A DNA stretch of 64,000 nucleotides from positions 5,332,001 through 5,396,000 of the forward strand of contig NC_134031.1 in assembly GCF_964204645.1 (NCBI RefSeq), in the 5' to 3' direction. The DNA is from Tubulanus polymorphus (Eukaryota; Animalia; Nemertea). Both the position numbers and the translations under genes were made by a program. Shown here piece after piece: positions 1 through 13,560 of the stretch. The notes beneath the pieces were generated by a model. It was not told the origin of the DNA. It was given only the letters and a program-made list of their open reading frames with translations, and did no database searches. How positions within the stretch are numbered: the stretch's first letter is position 1; each line of letters starts with the position of its first letter.

Positions 1-129
1 GGTTTGATCAGCAATTTAGAATACGATATGTTCAATACGGTTTACTCAATTGTGGGTTTAACACGTGCGTTGCAAGCTTAGTAATAAATACAGCGCCATC
101 CCCAATTATCACTACAAATACACTTGTAG

Positions 130-243
130 GTTGGCACTGGAGCTGTTACATAGACAGCCTTTGCTCGATATTGACCAATGGGCAATGAGAATGAAGTAGA
201 ATTAGTTCACATTGCCAGCCAATCAGGAACTGTGTCATTCCCC
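130..243. repeat. Dispersed repeat with an inverted copy at ~27898-28010
   Basis: attgaccaatgggcaatgagaatgaag..gttcacattgccagccaatcaggaactgtgtcattcc matches the reverse complement of 27898-27972. Confidence 0.65.
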
Positions 244-466
244 GGGGGGGCCACAGTGCGAATATCTAACAGCTAATATTAAGAATCTTTAAGTATATAC
301 TTATAGTGGCACTGGCAACAGAACCGGAAGTACAAGTATATTCACAGCCGGCCACGAATGCGTCAACTTCTGACTATGAAGTTCCAATCAATTGAAAAGT
401 TCAAAAAATCTAAGAGATAAAAACCAATCCCTTCGCACTGGAGGGTTAAGATAATAATGCGTTTAC

Positions 467-3400
467 CTGAATGACCAGATAGAACTCGAATAGGCGTCCC
501 AGTTTCGCAATCGGTTATATAGATTTTGCAATCGCCGGCGCCACCACTGATCAATAACGACGACCTATTGCTTGTATCCTGCATGAATACCATATCTCTG
601 ACTGTTCCATCGTGGTGATTCAATTCTACTTCAGGACCTGCGAAAATAAGACCACCGTTTTGAACACTAGATGACTTTTCCCGTGATGGTGAAATCAATA
701 TCTTAAACCACATAGGATGCAGGGAAACGCAGAACATGGTTCGGGAAACAATGTTTCCAAGATCAAACATCTATGTTTTCCAGCTTTGTGTGGGTTTGCC
801 TTTGGAATGTTGCGATTATAATATTCTCGGAGCCACCCCTATTGGAATCATGCATGAAAAATGACGACTTCTAAAGACCCTTAGGATTATTGAAAATTAC
901 GTACAAACCTATATTGTCAATTTATAAAAACATTTTTTCTTGGAAAAATGATATTACCCGGTAATCGTGTTAACTTTTTCGAATACAGAAGAGTAATGGA
1001 CAGAAATGTCATCAAATAACATCAAGGATCATCTGCCAAAAATAAGTCTTACCGACTGCCTGATGAGTCTGACTATCATATCTTATCATCTTGATTGTCT
1101 TATCGTTCGAACCGGTGGCGATCAAGTCGCCCAACTCGTTCCACGCGACGCAATATATCGAGCCTTTGTGATGTTTCGAAGACTTGTATACGATGTTCGG
1201 TTCAGAAGTCAGGTGTCCATCTCTGCAAAACATCAATACCATCGTACAAAATTACTCGCTACGAGTTCCGTAGTTCTAGAGTTAAAGCGCCCTAAATATT
1301 TCCAGATTCTACCCCACACCCGCAACTAAACCTTGACTAAAAACAAGGAATGGGTCTAGTACATGTATCTGCAAAACACCCATATTCTCTTCTATTATTC
1401 AGACAAGAACATTAAACTATTTGTAATTCGCCTTCATTCTTTTCAACAGAAACTAAGGCATTTCAAGGTTGCAGCAGAAAGTCAACTAAATTCTCTCCGA
1501 AATATGTTCTTAACAGATTTTTTTGAAATTTATGTTGAGAATTAACAAACTACACTAAATAGTATCAAATATAAATCAATACATAAAATCCCACTCGATA
1601 GCTTAGCTGGTATAGTATTCCTCTTGGAACCGAGTGGTCCCGAGATCAAATCTCGAAATTTTTTCCCCAATCAGTCGTTTGCCGGTTCAGTTTGGTTGGA
1701 AGATAGTCAGTAACCTGTCTACGGTTTAGTTTCATGATCGGATATTTTCACAAACTGCATAGTATAAGCCCATCCGATTATACAAACTTACCACCAACGA
1801 CTAAGTAACTAACTAGTTGGAAGATTGTTTACAGGAAAGGAAACGATCGCCAGGATTTAAGTCCAAAGCGGAAAACAAAAAGGAGGGATACAACCCCGGG
1901 CCGTGATATGAAATGGAGACGATCGCAAATGCTCGAGAACTTACTTAAGTTCGGCTACATTTGGGAATGTGCAAACACGCAGAACCTTCGTATTGGAACC
2001 GACCGCGTAGTAGTTACCGCTCGGGTGAAACGCGACCGAACGTATCGCTTGCTGATCTTCGAACCGAGTGACCGGAATAAACTGCGGCTTCTTATTATCG
2101 GCATGCTGAAAAATACAAAACGTTGAAGAAAATTACAATTGACCCCGACTCTTTTGCCGTCTGCTACAGAGAAATGGTTTCAGTGAGATTCGAACCCAAT
2201 AGCTTAGGATAAACTAGCCACCAAAGGCATCAAAATTCCGTAAAGAAATCGACATTTTCCTATTTGAAAATTCTCGAGTATTTGGGGTAGGAACATGACA
2301 GATCCGAGCGTTCACTTGTATCCAAGTAAGTCTGGATGAATTTCGGGGGCCAAAAGGACACGATTTCGGTGGCCCGCCTCATCAAATATTTTATCATATG
2401 AAAGCCTTGACTATTTACTACAAAATAACACCAAATTGTAATACATTAAAATCAACTGAAAATTAGGTTTTCCGGGCATGGTTTTATAGACTGGTATTGC
2501 CTTCAACCCGGGGGCTAACTCAATTGATAATGAATCGAGTTAACCCCCGGGTTAAAGGTAATACCAGTCTTTAAAACCCGGCCCCAGATATTCTGAGGAG
2601 TAATAGAGTGCTAATGGCTTCAATAGTAGAATTACCAAACTCTGACGTGGAGAATAGATTTTTTGATAATAAAAACCGACTACCTACAAATCTGAAAACA
2701 AAATTATTACAACTAAAAAAATTTTGAAATCAAAAATCATGCATAAAATGCATTCAATTTCAGTTTCATTTCGAATACGCGATATTTTTGGTTGGCAAAA
2801 AACATAGACTGAAACAAAAATTAACATTCAGGTTCGACAATGGCGCTCCAAAAATTGTAACCAGTCGGCACCGGTAAAATGCGGTTGACTAGAAATTTCG
2901 TCGGAAATTTGATAGCTTTATAAGCGACTGCCGCACATAAAAGAAATGCGTATTTCATGAAGTTTTCCGATCAATGAGAGCTCAAATATATCGACGTACA
3001 CGATCTGACCCTGATTTTTTCAGCGAGCGTTGTTAACATTGTCAACGACATTATGCCGAGACGCGGCTTTATCTAAAGCTTTGTAGAGGATCATGAGACA
3101 AAATGTGTTTACCAGTCACACACACGAATATGCCCTGGCAATAATGCTTATTCTCTTTAACTATTTTCCGTCGGTCTGATTTTCCAAAAGACCGTCTTTT
3201 TAACTAGTTGAAATACTAACAATCGAAAGAACAATTTTAAAAGTTTCTGGCGTCTGCAATTTTTGTGTGTATGTCATTTGAGACTGATCTAATTAAAATG
3301 TTGTCATATTCTAATGAGAGAAATCCTCACAGCCAAGATGTAAAGTTCTAGAATAGAAGAGTATATATTTGAGCAATGTTTCGGCTAAAGACTATTAACC

Positions 3401-6400
3401 ATCAACGGGCGCCCTCATATTCTCTACATTAATAGCTAAAATCTCATAGTTTTCTTTACCTAATAGACTAACAAACTATTTATTACGGTATGTTATTGTT
3501 ATTCACAAGTCTATGAACATGTATGACACTCATTGGTATATAATCAAGATTATGTTGACAAATATATATATTCTAGTAATATCTTCTTTGTAAATAGGCA
3601 GTCCGTTTTTGGAGTCCTAACCAGGTCATATTTCAAGGCAGGCAGAGGTCGCGGCCTTGGCGACTCAATTCCCCGCGACCTGTCATGTCACGTGAAGACC
3701 TGCCAATGTTCGGACCCTCGTGACGCCGGTGAATTACGCATGTTCTAATGCTCTAATGACTGACTGAGACTGACTGGCACTCGAAGCGGCCATTTTACAA
3801 CCGGGTTGCAACCGATTGTGTCAGGTCGCGAGCAGTCGCGAGCCTACCTATACACGCACCTTACCCAATGAGACAATAATCTCAAAGTCAAAATCTTAAA
3901 TCTCTTTAAATCAGTCGCTACTTTAATTGGACTAGAGTAACACGTAGAAAGCATTGCATCCAAGCATTGCCTAATTAACCTTTGACATTTCAATAAACTC
4001 AATAAGTTTCAAAAATACCACTCAGAAATCACTGACTCTTTACGCTCCGCTATATTTCTTTTAAGGTATACTCGTTTATCTTATCGGTCTTACCTGAAAT
4101 ATGTAATTCTTATCGTTCATGCCGTTTAAATGAATCATAAAACGCATATGATGGCCGTTGTGATATTCAACCATGTTTTCAACTTTTTTTTTTCGCCGAC
4201 AATATCGATGGTAGAAATTTTTCGAATCCGAGCCGGTTAGATGTACGTATTTAGAGGATTTCGAAATTACCGGTTTCGCAGTTTCAACATGTTGTATATG
4301 ACAGGCGGCGTCTTGGTTGTCACAACTCGATCGCCGTCGGAAGTCAACGACTCACGAATCTACGTATCCGTTACTATCTAAATATCGTCGCTTCGTCGAG
4401 CGGATGGACGAGTACTCTTCACGGCGAATTTCTTCGATAATATCAACACTAAAAAGCGTCGTCTAAGATCCAGCAACGTAATATCCATACAGATATCGTC
4501 GAAGTCCTCTCATTCTAACGCAGAGAGAGTGAGTGGGTCTCTTCGCTGTATAGCAGAGATCGCGGTAGTACACGCTGAACTGGTCGTCGTTATAAGGAAG
4601 TACTAGACTAATAATACAATGTCTACGTGCGAGAAAGACCAGTTTTTACCGAAACGGAAAAATACGACAAAACAATAAAATAAACGCACAAAGACTCGAA
4701 TATTCGATTGTTAATATCGTTCTCGACCGCGTCTGGCTTTTACACGCGGGCGCTAGACGTTTTAGAGCGTACTGTAACTAAACTAAAATACATTTCATGT
4801 AGTCGGTCGTTTGAACAAACATAGAATACCATTTATAAGTCTTTTACCGAAAGCGTTTTCGTCAAATAGAGGACTATTATTTTTAACGCATTCAGTTCGT
4901 GAAATGATTGAATAAAACAGTAATTAGTTTTGCGGATCGTATTCATACAACAACGTAAACACTTGAAATGCGAATAGACGATGACGATATTTGTTCTCCT
5001 AAAATGTCGTTCGCCTTGAATATCATAATTTTCAGCGTATTGTGATTTCTTAATAATTCCTGACCTACGCAATAGTACCCGCCCAGTCTGAGAGTCGGAA
5101 TCAATGCCATTTGGCGGAATCAATGCCATTTCGTGCTTAGTTCTACCATGGTCTCCAAAAACGAGTCCATGGTTCTACAACCAGTAAAGTTTTGGATAAA
5201 ACTTAACACAATCTAGACCTAATAACCCTCCCCAAACAGCCAGGGACATTTTTACTTGTGGCAGTGTTACCTATGGCATTTTTACCTCTGGTATTATTGC
5301 CGTGTACTGGGGCAGATAAAACAGTATCGGTATCGGATAGATGGGTTAAATATGATAGAGAAAATATCATTCAGTGGAAAAGCATATTGAAATGAAATAT
5401 TCGTCATTGAAATTGCTGCCAAAGGAAGTAATTCAGGATAAAAAATCACCGCAGAACGCCGGACAAAATCGGCCTAATACAAATTTTGTAGGAAATGATT
5501 TCCAAGCCAATTACATCCAATAGAAATGTCTTTTCATTCAGGCATGAACGATTTCAATAGAAATATCAGAGCTGGTTATGGAGTTAAATTTGTCGTTGAA
5601 TAACGAGGGAGGGGGGCTAAACCTCCGCAATGGTAGGGGTTCCTTTAAATTAGTGTCTGCCACATAAAATACAACTCATAGGCAACACAGTATAATAAAC
5701 AGACACTGCCTGATTTCAACATTGAGTTAATATGAATGAGGTCCTAATTAACGAATGTTCCTCGAAGCCTTCGAGTACAGTATACTCCAATTATTATTCC
5801 ATTCACCTCAGTAAAATGTTCAAATCGGTGTAATTTGCTTAAATTTATTCTCACAAAACGTCCCCCTTCTGATTTTGCTGATTCTCAACTCTCATGAAAA
5901 AAAAAAAACCACCATCCCAAGCCTAAAGACAGAGTTGTGAGACAGAACTGTGTTAGACAGGTAGTTGGTGAAGCAAGCAGAGGAAATATCTTTAAAGATT
6001 TTCGTATCTCTAAAGAGATCTGATGAAGTCAAAAAGTCGAAGCCATAAAAGTCACTCTACCAAACGAGTTTGCCCTAATTAAATCTTAATAACATTGATC
6101 AACATTAGGCCTACACGCATAAAAAAACATAAGCCACGATCATGCAATCAGTTTTGCCCCGGAACAACTGTTCACACGGGTGCCAAGACCGGTGCCTGAT
6201 TGTACTGACCAAAAACGTCGGACCAGGCCCGAGCTTAATTTCAGCAAGGGTCAAATTAGTGCCTGTGAATTAAGGTTCTTGAAGCGACTTACTTCGCACT
6301 GTTTAGTGTATCGAGTGAATGGTTTGAATGGCAAATTGTAAATCCTTTTTTTACCTTCATTGTTGTTTTCATTCTGTTGTCAGAAGATGAGGCTTGTAAA

Positions 6401-9400
6401 CTGCTGTCCGACGCGTCCGATATAGTCATGTTACGATTCGGATCTGAAATGAACAATTTATTTTGTTATTCACGTTCTACGTTAGTCGTTAAACGAAGGC
6501 GACGAATTCATAGACAAAAAATAAGTAAACTTAAGATATATCATCCTATATATCCCCAGATTGATTTTAATCGGCAATTGCTTATTCAGCCCAATGTGCC
6601 ACCCTAACAGGATACGCAAAAAAAATGTGTACCGAGTCATGTGATAATTCACGGTGGCCACTTTCCCCCATTTACAAATCCCCTGAGTTTTCCCTGATTT
6701 TTCTATGCTATAACACAAAATTCCCTGAGTGAATCGGCAGGTGAATGGAGGAATTTCTTGGTTTAAAATGTTATCATTAATTCATTATTCATGAATAATC
6801 GCGTATAGCAAAAAAACACGTGGTCAATAGAACATCTGAATGCCCTGAGTTTTCCAGGTGTTTTGCAAAATTTATGAAATTCCCTGAATCTTCGCCAATT
6901 TTTTTTCTAGCTTTTTCTGATTTTTTCTGATTCCCTGAATTTTCCAGAATTTTTCAGTGGCTACCCTTTCATTTATTCAGTGATTTCCTTCCGCAAATCA
7001 TTCTTCATGCCAAATTTGCCTAAATGCGTCAAAATTGATCTCCCAAATCAATCACTAGCGAATTACGCGGCTAAAGATTCGCCTATTCTACCACAAGCTT
7101 AATATCTACCATAAATAAAACTAGTACACTATTTTACCACCAGGCAGCAGCACTGACACAACAATATCGAGCATGAGCAAAATAAACAGTGCACACCAAG
7201 CCAACTACAGACTAATGATACTAATATATATATACAAAGGCACTTTTGTTGAAGGCTTCATTTACTGATAAATAAAACTGATAATCTTTTGATGTGTCAG
7301 ACAAATTGAAATGGATGTTTAACTCGAAATAAAACATCAAACAATTCGAATCATAATACACTTAAGCAGGTAGATGCATAAAACCATGTAAAAACACATT
7401 AACCTAAATATGAAATAGACTACGATTAAATGAACTTCTTGAATTCTACTATTCTAAAACGTTGTGTGTAGGTTTATACCGCAATGGTGCGAATGGCCGA
7501 AAGAAAAGTGCGCACTAAATTTAGAGTTGTCAGTAGACCCTTCCAGAATACTACCTTCCCCAAGTAATAATCCCCCCTAGGTAAAAATCCCCCAAATTTA
7601 GTTTTCTATCAAGTATAAAACTTAGAGATAAAAGCTAGGTAATGTTTTTACAACAATATCTAGGAATAATAAGATAAAAACCCACTATTTACAAATTAAA
7701 AGAATTTAAAAACAAGAATTTATTTATTCAATCTAAAATATATATAAGACACGATGTTTCGATCTCACCCTAGAGATCATCATCAATTCTTGTTTTTAAA
7801 TTCTTTTAATCTGTAAATAGTGGGTTTTTATCTTATTATCCGTTCACCACGTTTGAGTGTGGTTATCGTTCTAATATCTAGGAATACATACAAATGTACA
7901 TAGATATTTTATAATATTACTTATTAAACTATATTTCTCCATAGAAATTTTCACAACAACGATAATGTCATTTTTGATGCTTGTAGCTTGCTGAAATCAC
8001 AGAATAATTTCATTTCTATGAATGTAGCTTGATATAAGTCACAGATTATCCAAGGTTGATATTGTGAGTGACACCACAGAGAATTTGAAATTTTTGAAAT
8101 CGATCAAAATTTTTCAACACAGGAATATTGACATATTTTGTTGAATTTTGTTGTGAAATCAAATTTGAAGGATATTTACAGGGGATTTGACATAGTGGGA
8201 TTTTATAGGGATATCCAAATAGGAATTATTAGCAGTAAATATATCGAATCATCGGCCAAGTCAGAAATAAGTTGAAATAATGCACATTCACCGCAGTAGA
8301 CTCTGCCTTAATCTGTAGCGTTAGGAGTCAAGAGAAAAAAACAAAGCGGTTTTTCAAACAAATTTCAGTAAAATTCACTGAGTTCGGCAATTTACTGTGA
8401 AGACTAGTATCATGTAAGGCAGTGTCTACTGTATTAATACATAGGACCCAGGTTCAGAGATCTCCGCTTCGTTTCACTTGAAATTAGCTTATTTCCCGTG
8501 TCTTAACTCTAGTGCAAAATTACAATTTGAGATCAGTGAAACTGGGTCCATATGCACAGGTAAGGATAGGAAGAGGTTAGGTCTACGGACATATAAACTA
8601 TGATATATACGTCCATGAGTTATTGTCCACGAGTTATTGCACACCGGTTTTGCACTGTTTCGACTTTCAGACTTAGGCCCGGCCAAATCATTTAGGCCCT
8701 ACCAATTTGCCTTAATTTTCGATGTAAAAAATTACTCTCAGGGTTCCTGCGGGTTCCTGAAGGGTCTTAAATAAAGTGGGATATTTTTGCAACGAAAGAT
8801 ACAACCATGCGTGGAAGGTCATAGATACCTGAAGCACGAAAAACATCTAGAAGCCTAACACGATGAGTCCTACCTCCTTCTCGTGACGATTTCATGCCGG
8901 CACTTTTCACGGGGCCGATAGGGCGGGGTTTAGACGTGCCAGCCTCGAAGCCTGGTAATATACAACCGAACAGAAACACCGGGGTTAGAGACAGCAGTTA
9001 GTAGTGCAGAAAAAGAGTAGAGCGAACCAGACCTGACTACTTAACGAACAGTTGAATCTCGGTATAACGCGTCAATTCAAGTTCTGAAATCTCGATTCTA
9101 CGCAATGCATCTTTAGAGTACCTGTGATGGATGTATAAAATAAGTTTATACATCCATGGTCAGGGTCCCTACAGAGCAGTCATTCCTGGATATAAGGAGT
9201 TTTGAAAAAAGTCGCTTGGGGTAGATTGAAAAGAGATTTGACTGTACTTCCATTTGAGGCAGTTTTCACCAAGAATGGGAACTATAATTTAAGATAAAAA
9301 AACAGCAGTTTAATTGGAAATGATTTTGACTTCGAAATCTATTTCAAATGTAATTGAGTTGAACCTGCCATCAAATGGTTTGTAGGCTTAGTTGTCAGGT

Positions 9401-12400
9401 CTGGCGAACCTACGAGGGAGGTGTCAGTCATTCTTAGAAAAAAAAACAAAAACAACACATACCTCCGACATCGGCGGAAGAAAAATCTAAACGTTGAAAT
9501 AAACTATCGATGGGCGGACGGATTGGGGATATATTGAATATTTCATCGCCGACTGGTTCGGGGTAGTCGGCGCGATTATTTATCACAGCTTGTTTCGAAT
9601 CTAGTACCGGCGGTGGTTGAACGTGACCGCCGGTGCTAGCGAGGGTTTGAGGTAGAGAACAACTAGAATTGGATTCGACTTTGGTGGAATTGAGCGTATT
9701 GACGGCAGCGATAGCGGGCTGGGGAATACTGCCAGTAGTAGTAGTGGTAGATACACCTAGAAATGATAATAACAATGACAATGAAATGAACACGTGTAAA
9801 ATTGAGAAAAAAACAACCATCGACGTATGCGGGATTACTTTCTGCGGCCTGGAACAAGCCATCTTAAGACATGTGTTGGTTTAGAAAAACTAAGATAGTG
9901 ACGTTTTGAACGAAAATGGCTCAGAATTTTTTTCTTCATAATTGTGGGTTATGTCCACACCCCATGTGTAGTATTACGACGATCAGGGGTTTCTTTTCCC
10001 ATATTAAGGGAACGGGAAGCCAGAGAAGAAGCTTTGACCAAGAAACTTTGCTGCACCACCAGGATTTAGACCCATGAACCCTGAATGAGAGGGGTACAAG
10101 GAAGACTAACACAGTTTAGGTCAGTCCATCACTATACCATATTTGTCGTTAAGTCTGGACAATCACTTTTGGAAAGTGTGTCGATAAAATGTCGACGTTG
10201 TTTGTTGAGTTAGGCCCTATTCATTTCTGATCAAAACTGTTTCAGGTTAAGTCCTCAACCCATATGAGGGCTGAACAATAAAGCAATTTAATAATTGGTC
10301 GAATACTTGGGGGGGGGGGCGGTCCAGGCTGCAGATCGAAACTTTAGCCGCAATCACAAGAGCATTTTTGGCCCGTTTTTGACTCACTTCGTTTTAGCAT
10401 TATTTAGTATTGCATGAACATGCTAATTGGTCACGGACCAAATCGTCTCCTTGTGATGGCGGCTTTTGCCTAAAAGCGAATATAGTCTGAAATCCATTAA
10501 TTCCAAAGAAAAAGTCATGATTAGGGTTCGCAGCCTTGCTGACCAACTACAGTTCAAAAAAGTTGCACATTCGGCAAATGTTTCTACTCATCGAATCTTA
10601 AGTGACCTGGTCGTAGCCAATGAACACTGATGTATATACATCACATGACTTGATCGTGATCTCAGATGACCTGAGTGTACCTGAGATCGAGTATTTCACC
10701 CCGTGATGTGACACGAGTGTTCTCTTAAGACCGGATCGGATCTAGTCCGACCCGAGTATGGCTTTATGAACCGGGTCCTTTTCCGATTCTAAATCTACCG
10801 ACAGCCGCGCGGGAAGTTTACTGGGAAGCGCCACCGCAAAGTTAAACATATATCAACAATTCTTTTTACCTTGTCCTCCTTCGATCGATGACTTAGAAGA
10901 CGACGACGTTTTCAGACTCTTGCTACTCGCTTGCAGCTGCTGTTGCTGTTGCTGTAGCTGCTGGTTTTCAATGTATCGATTATCCGTTGGGCCGTGATAC
11001 GTCGCCAACGATTGCTTCTCGAGTTCCATCAGCTGCTGTTGCATTTCCGTTCGTTGTTTCTCCTGTTGTTCGAGTCTCTCTTGCAGCTGCTGTTTTTGTC
11101 GCTGGTACTCTTTGTAAAGTTCGGCGCTCGAATCTCTCGTCGAATCGGTCGTCGACGAACGCAAACTCGACGACGTAATACTGTGCCGCGGTGACAAACT
11201 CTGCGTCGGCGCCAATTTTCCGTCGGTTCTATCCGATTCGGCCGACGTCGAAACCGCCGGAGGCATCGTCGGCGGCGGCGGAGACGCCGGCGCCCTCACC
11301 GGTGGAGGCGGCGTATCGTTCATAATCAAACTCGGATCGTTGAACAGTTTATCGACCGACGTGTTCATAATGTTACGTTTACCGGTCGTGTTTAGGTGGA
11401 ACCCGGCGAACGACCGCGACATCAGGCTGATATCGCCCGTGCTGCCGAACGGCGAACGCCGCGCTTGCGCCAAACCGAACCCCAACCCGTCCAGCTGCGG
11501 CATCAACGAACGCGACATCAACTCGGCCGTGTTCGAGCGTTGGCGCGACGTCGGCATCGCCGAGTGCGGGAACATCTTCGGCTTGATCGGCGTCACGAGA
11601 ATCTGCTCGGACCACGACGCCTCGAGCGTCGGCTTCGCGAACGGCCGCGCGTCCAGGTGCAACGCTTTCTGCTCGAATGGACACGAGAACGACTCGTGCG
11701 GAATGCTCTCCAACCACGACAACAAGCTCAAATCGGCGTCGCTGACCGGCGAGCCGTTCAGCACTTGCGGAATCTTAATCGTCTTACTGTCGACCTCCGA
11801 GCTGGTCGCCTTGTGCTGGCAGAATTCGACGCACGCCTCGAACATCAAGCCTTTGACGAGCAACTGCACCAGACGGTCGTTCTTCGACGCGCTGAACTTC
11901 GCGTCGACGCGTTTGTCGAACGGCAAAAACTTCTCGGTCAACGCGTGGATATCCTTGAAGCATTCGACGCGCGCCGAACTCGGGTTCCAGAGCTGGTATT
12001 CGGAATGATCGGAGATTTTTGGCATCGTCAGTAACAAACACAGCGTGCTGTACTCGTCCTTGCTCGGGCAGTACTGCTCGAGCGCATTCAAACACGTGAC
12101 GACTTCGTCGACGGTGAACTCGCTGTTCGGCATCGGGCCCTCGGATTTTATGCAAAGCAATTCGAGGTATTTGTGCTTGTAGATGACATAGAGGAATTTC
12201 TTCATGTTGAACGACTCAACCGAACTGAGCGGCTGGATGAAGTCGACGACGTCGTCCCACTGGCCGTCGAGGATCAACTGACGCAGGAACAGCATGTCGT
12301 CGGAGAACAGTCCGTTGATGACGCCGGACTCGCGTTCCAGGTTCAACATCGTTATCTTCAGGTCGCGGTTTTGGAAGAATTCCAAAATCATCTTGACGAC

Positions 12401-12436
12401 GTCGGCCTCGTCGAAGTTCACGGTCGTGCTCGGCAT
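467..12436 (-). CDS. WDR47: WD repeat-containing protein 47 (LisH-CTLH, coiled-coil, WD40); 3' part lies outside the window
   Basis: Phase-consistent GT-AG exons: 12436-10870, 9756-9463, 8951-8874, 6443-6355, 2105-1945, 1222-1053, 637-467. N-terminus EADVVKMILEFFQNRDL...LFSDDMLFLRQLILDGQWDDV is the WDR47 LisH/CTLH signature. WD exons EDQQAIRSVAFHPSGNYYAVGSNTK, KHHKGSIYCVAW...IATGSNDK and HDGTVRDMVFM...LISGGAGDC match WDR47. Confidence 0.95.
1590..1800 (+). mobile_element. tRNA-derived SINE head (degenerate)
   Basis: gatagcttagctggtatag (A-box-like) ... cccgagatcaaatctcg (degenerate B box); no complete cloverleaf. Confidence 0.4.
2474..2584. mobile_element. Palindromic MITE
   Basis: ggttttatagactggtatt..cccggggg / cccccggg..aataccagtctttaaaacc near-perfect hairpin. 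Related ends at 41680-41850 and ~49236. Confidence 0.65.
6165..6272. repeat. Dispersed repeat, copy at 21232-21345
   Basis: caactgttcacacgggtgccaa..ggaccaggcccgagct..gggtcaaatta is shared with 21232-21345. Confidence 0.6.
7666..7838. mobile_element. Penelope-like foldback remnant
   Basis: ~55-bp near-perfect inverted arms (aataagataaaaacccactatttaca... / ...tgtaaatagtgggtttttatcttatt) around minus-strand TGATGAtgatctc..gagatcGAAAC. Confidence 0.5.
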
Positions 12437-12571
12437 CTTGATTGTTTAATTCGAGAAGGCGGAAAAACGCTTCGTCACCTTCTGCAAATGTTGGAAGATA
12501 AAGATTTCATTGATTATGTTGAAAAACATGTAGACCCAGTGAAAAATATCGATTTTTCGCAAAGCCCCCCA

Positions 12572-12681
12572 GGACCCAGTTCCACAGTTGTGAGTTAGAG
12601 TTAACTCTGAGTTAAAATTAGTTCATTTTGAATGAGTTAACTCTGAGTCAAATCTTAACTCAGAACTGTGGAACTGGACCC
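12572..12681. mobile_element. ~110-bp palindromic MITE
   Basis: ggacccagttccacagttgtgagtt ... aactcagaactgtggaactggaccc; a second copy lies at 51831-51941. Confidence 0.7.
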
Positions 12682-13464
12682 AGAACTCTATTGGATACAG
12701 CTAACTTGTCTCGTCTTGTAGCGTTCTTTACTATCATTGTATAATTGTGTCATCTTTTATCTAGGTCTTGCTAGAGAAAATAAAATTCTCTACTTCGAAA
12801 AGCTTTTTACATCAACTAGGGCTAACTATGCTCTACGATCATAACTAAACCCCGGGATACTGGCTTGTCTTTGGTCTAAGGATATCTCTCATGTAGCCAA
12901 AGATATTCTGTTGAAATTCTACACAATATTGTGATCTATCATCACTATAAGCCTAGCCCCACTATTCACTTGAATTTCTTCTTAAGTGAAAATACAAATT
13001 ATAACGATGTCCATGATCAAGGTTTCATTTGCAGTTGGAATCCCAGCATAGGGCTTGGTGTTAGATTACAACACGGCGTTAGGTTACTGGTAGGTTAGGA
13101 TTTAGTTTAATTAGAGTTACGATCCAGGTAAGACAAACGTTGTGGGGTCAAAATTTGTAAAAATGGTTATAGTGCTTTAATGAACCATGTACCACACCAG
13201 CCCAGATCACTTAATCATATTGGCAAACAGAGATGGGACACTTCGATTAAAAACACGATTAGGTGTGGTGTGAATAGAATGTGTCACTGTCTGTCAGTCG
13301 GTAGTGTGGTGTGTCACGATTCAATCCTGCTGTTTTTGCCACCCTATTTAGTTACACCCATAACTTATTTGCCAAACAGATTTTTAGTGAAACGTCCACA
13401 ATTATGAACGAATCTAATGGACACGATTACAGTTTGAGACAAAAATCACTCAGCTTGGACCTAC

Positions 13465-13560
13465 CTAGAAATTAAATCTAGATTTTGAGAATAATTTCGT
13501 TCACTTTCTGTTCCATTCACTATTCGGTCGCCATGTTGAATAAATCGAATACACTACAAT
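13465..13560 (-). promoter_or_regulatory. Probable non-coding first exon / promoter of WDR47 with YY1-like motif
   Basis: Minus-strand donor TTCTAG|GTAGGT at 13465 can join the acceptor TTTGCAG| at 12481. AACATGGCG (13529-13537, minus) is a YY1-like element typical just downstream of a TSS. Confidence 0.5.

Noticed and set aside
1590-1660. Possible tRNA gene
   Set aside because: B box is degenerate, the acceptor stem does not close, and it continues into a SINE-like body.
11340-12598. Long plus-strand ORFs (222, 212, 141 aa) opposite the WDR47 large exon
   Set aside because: Antisense shadows of a GC3-rich exon; no recognisable protein or independent splice structure.
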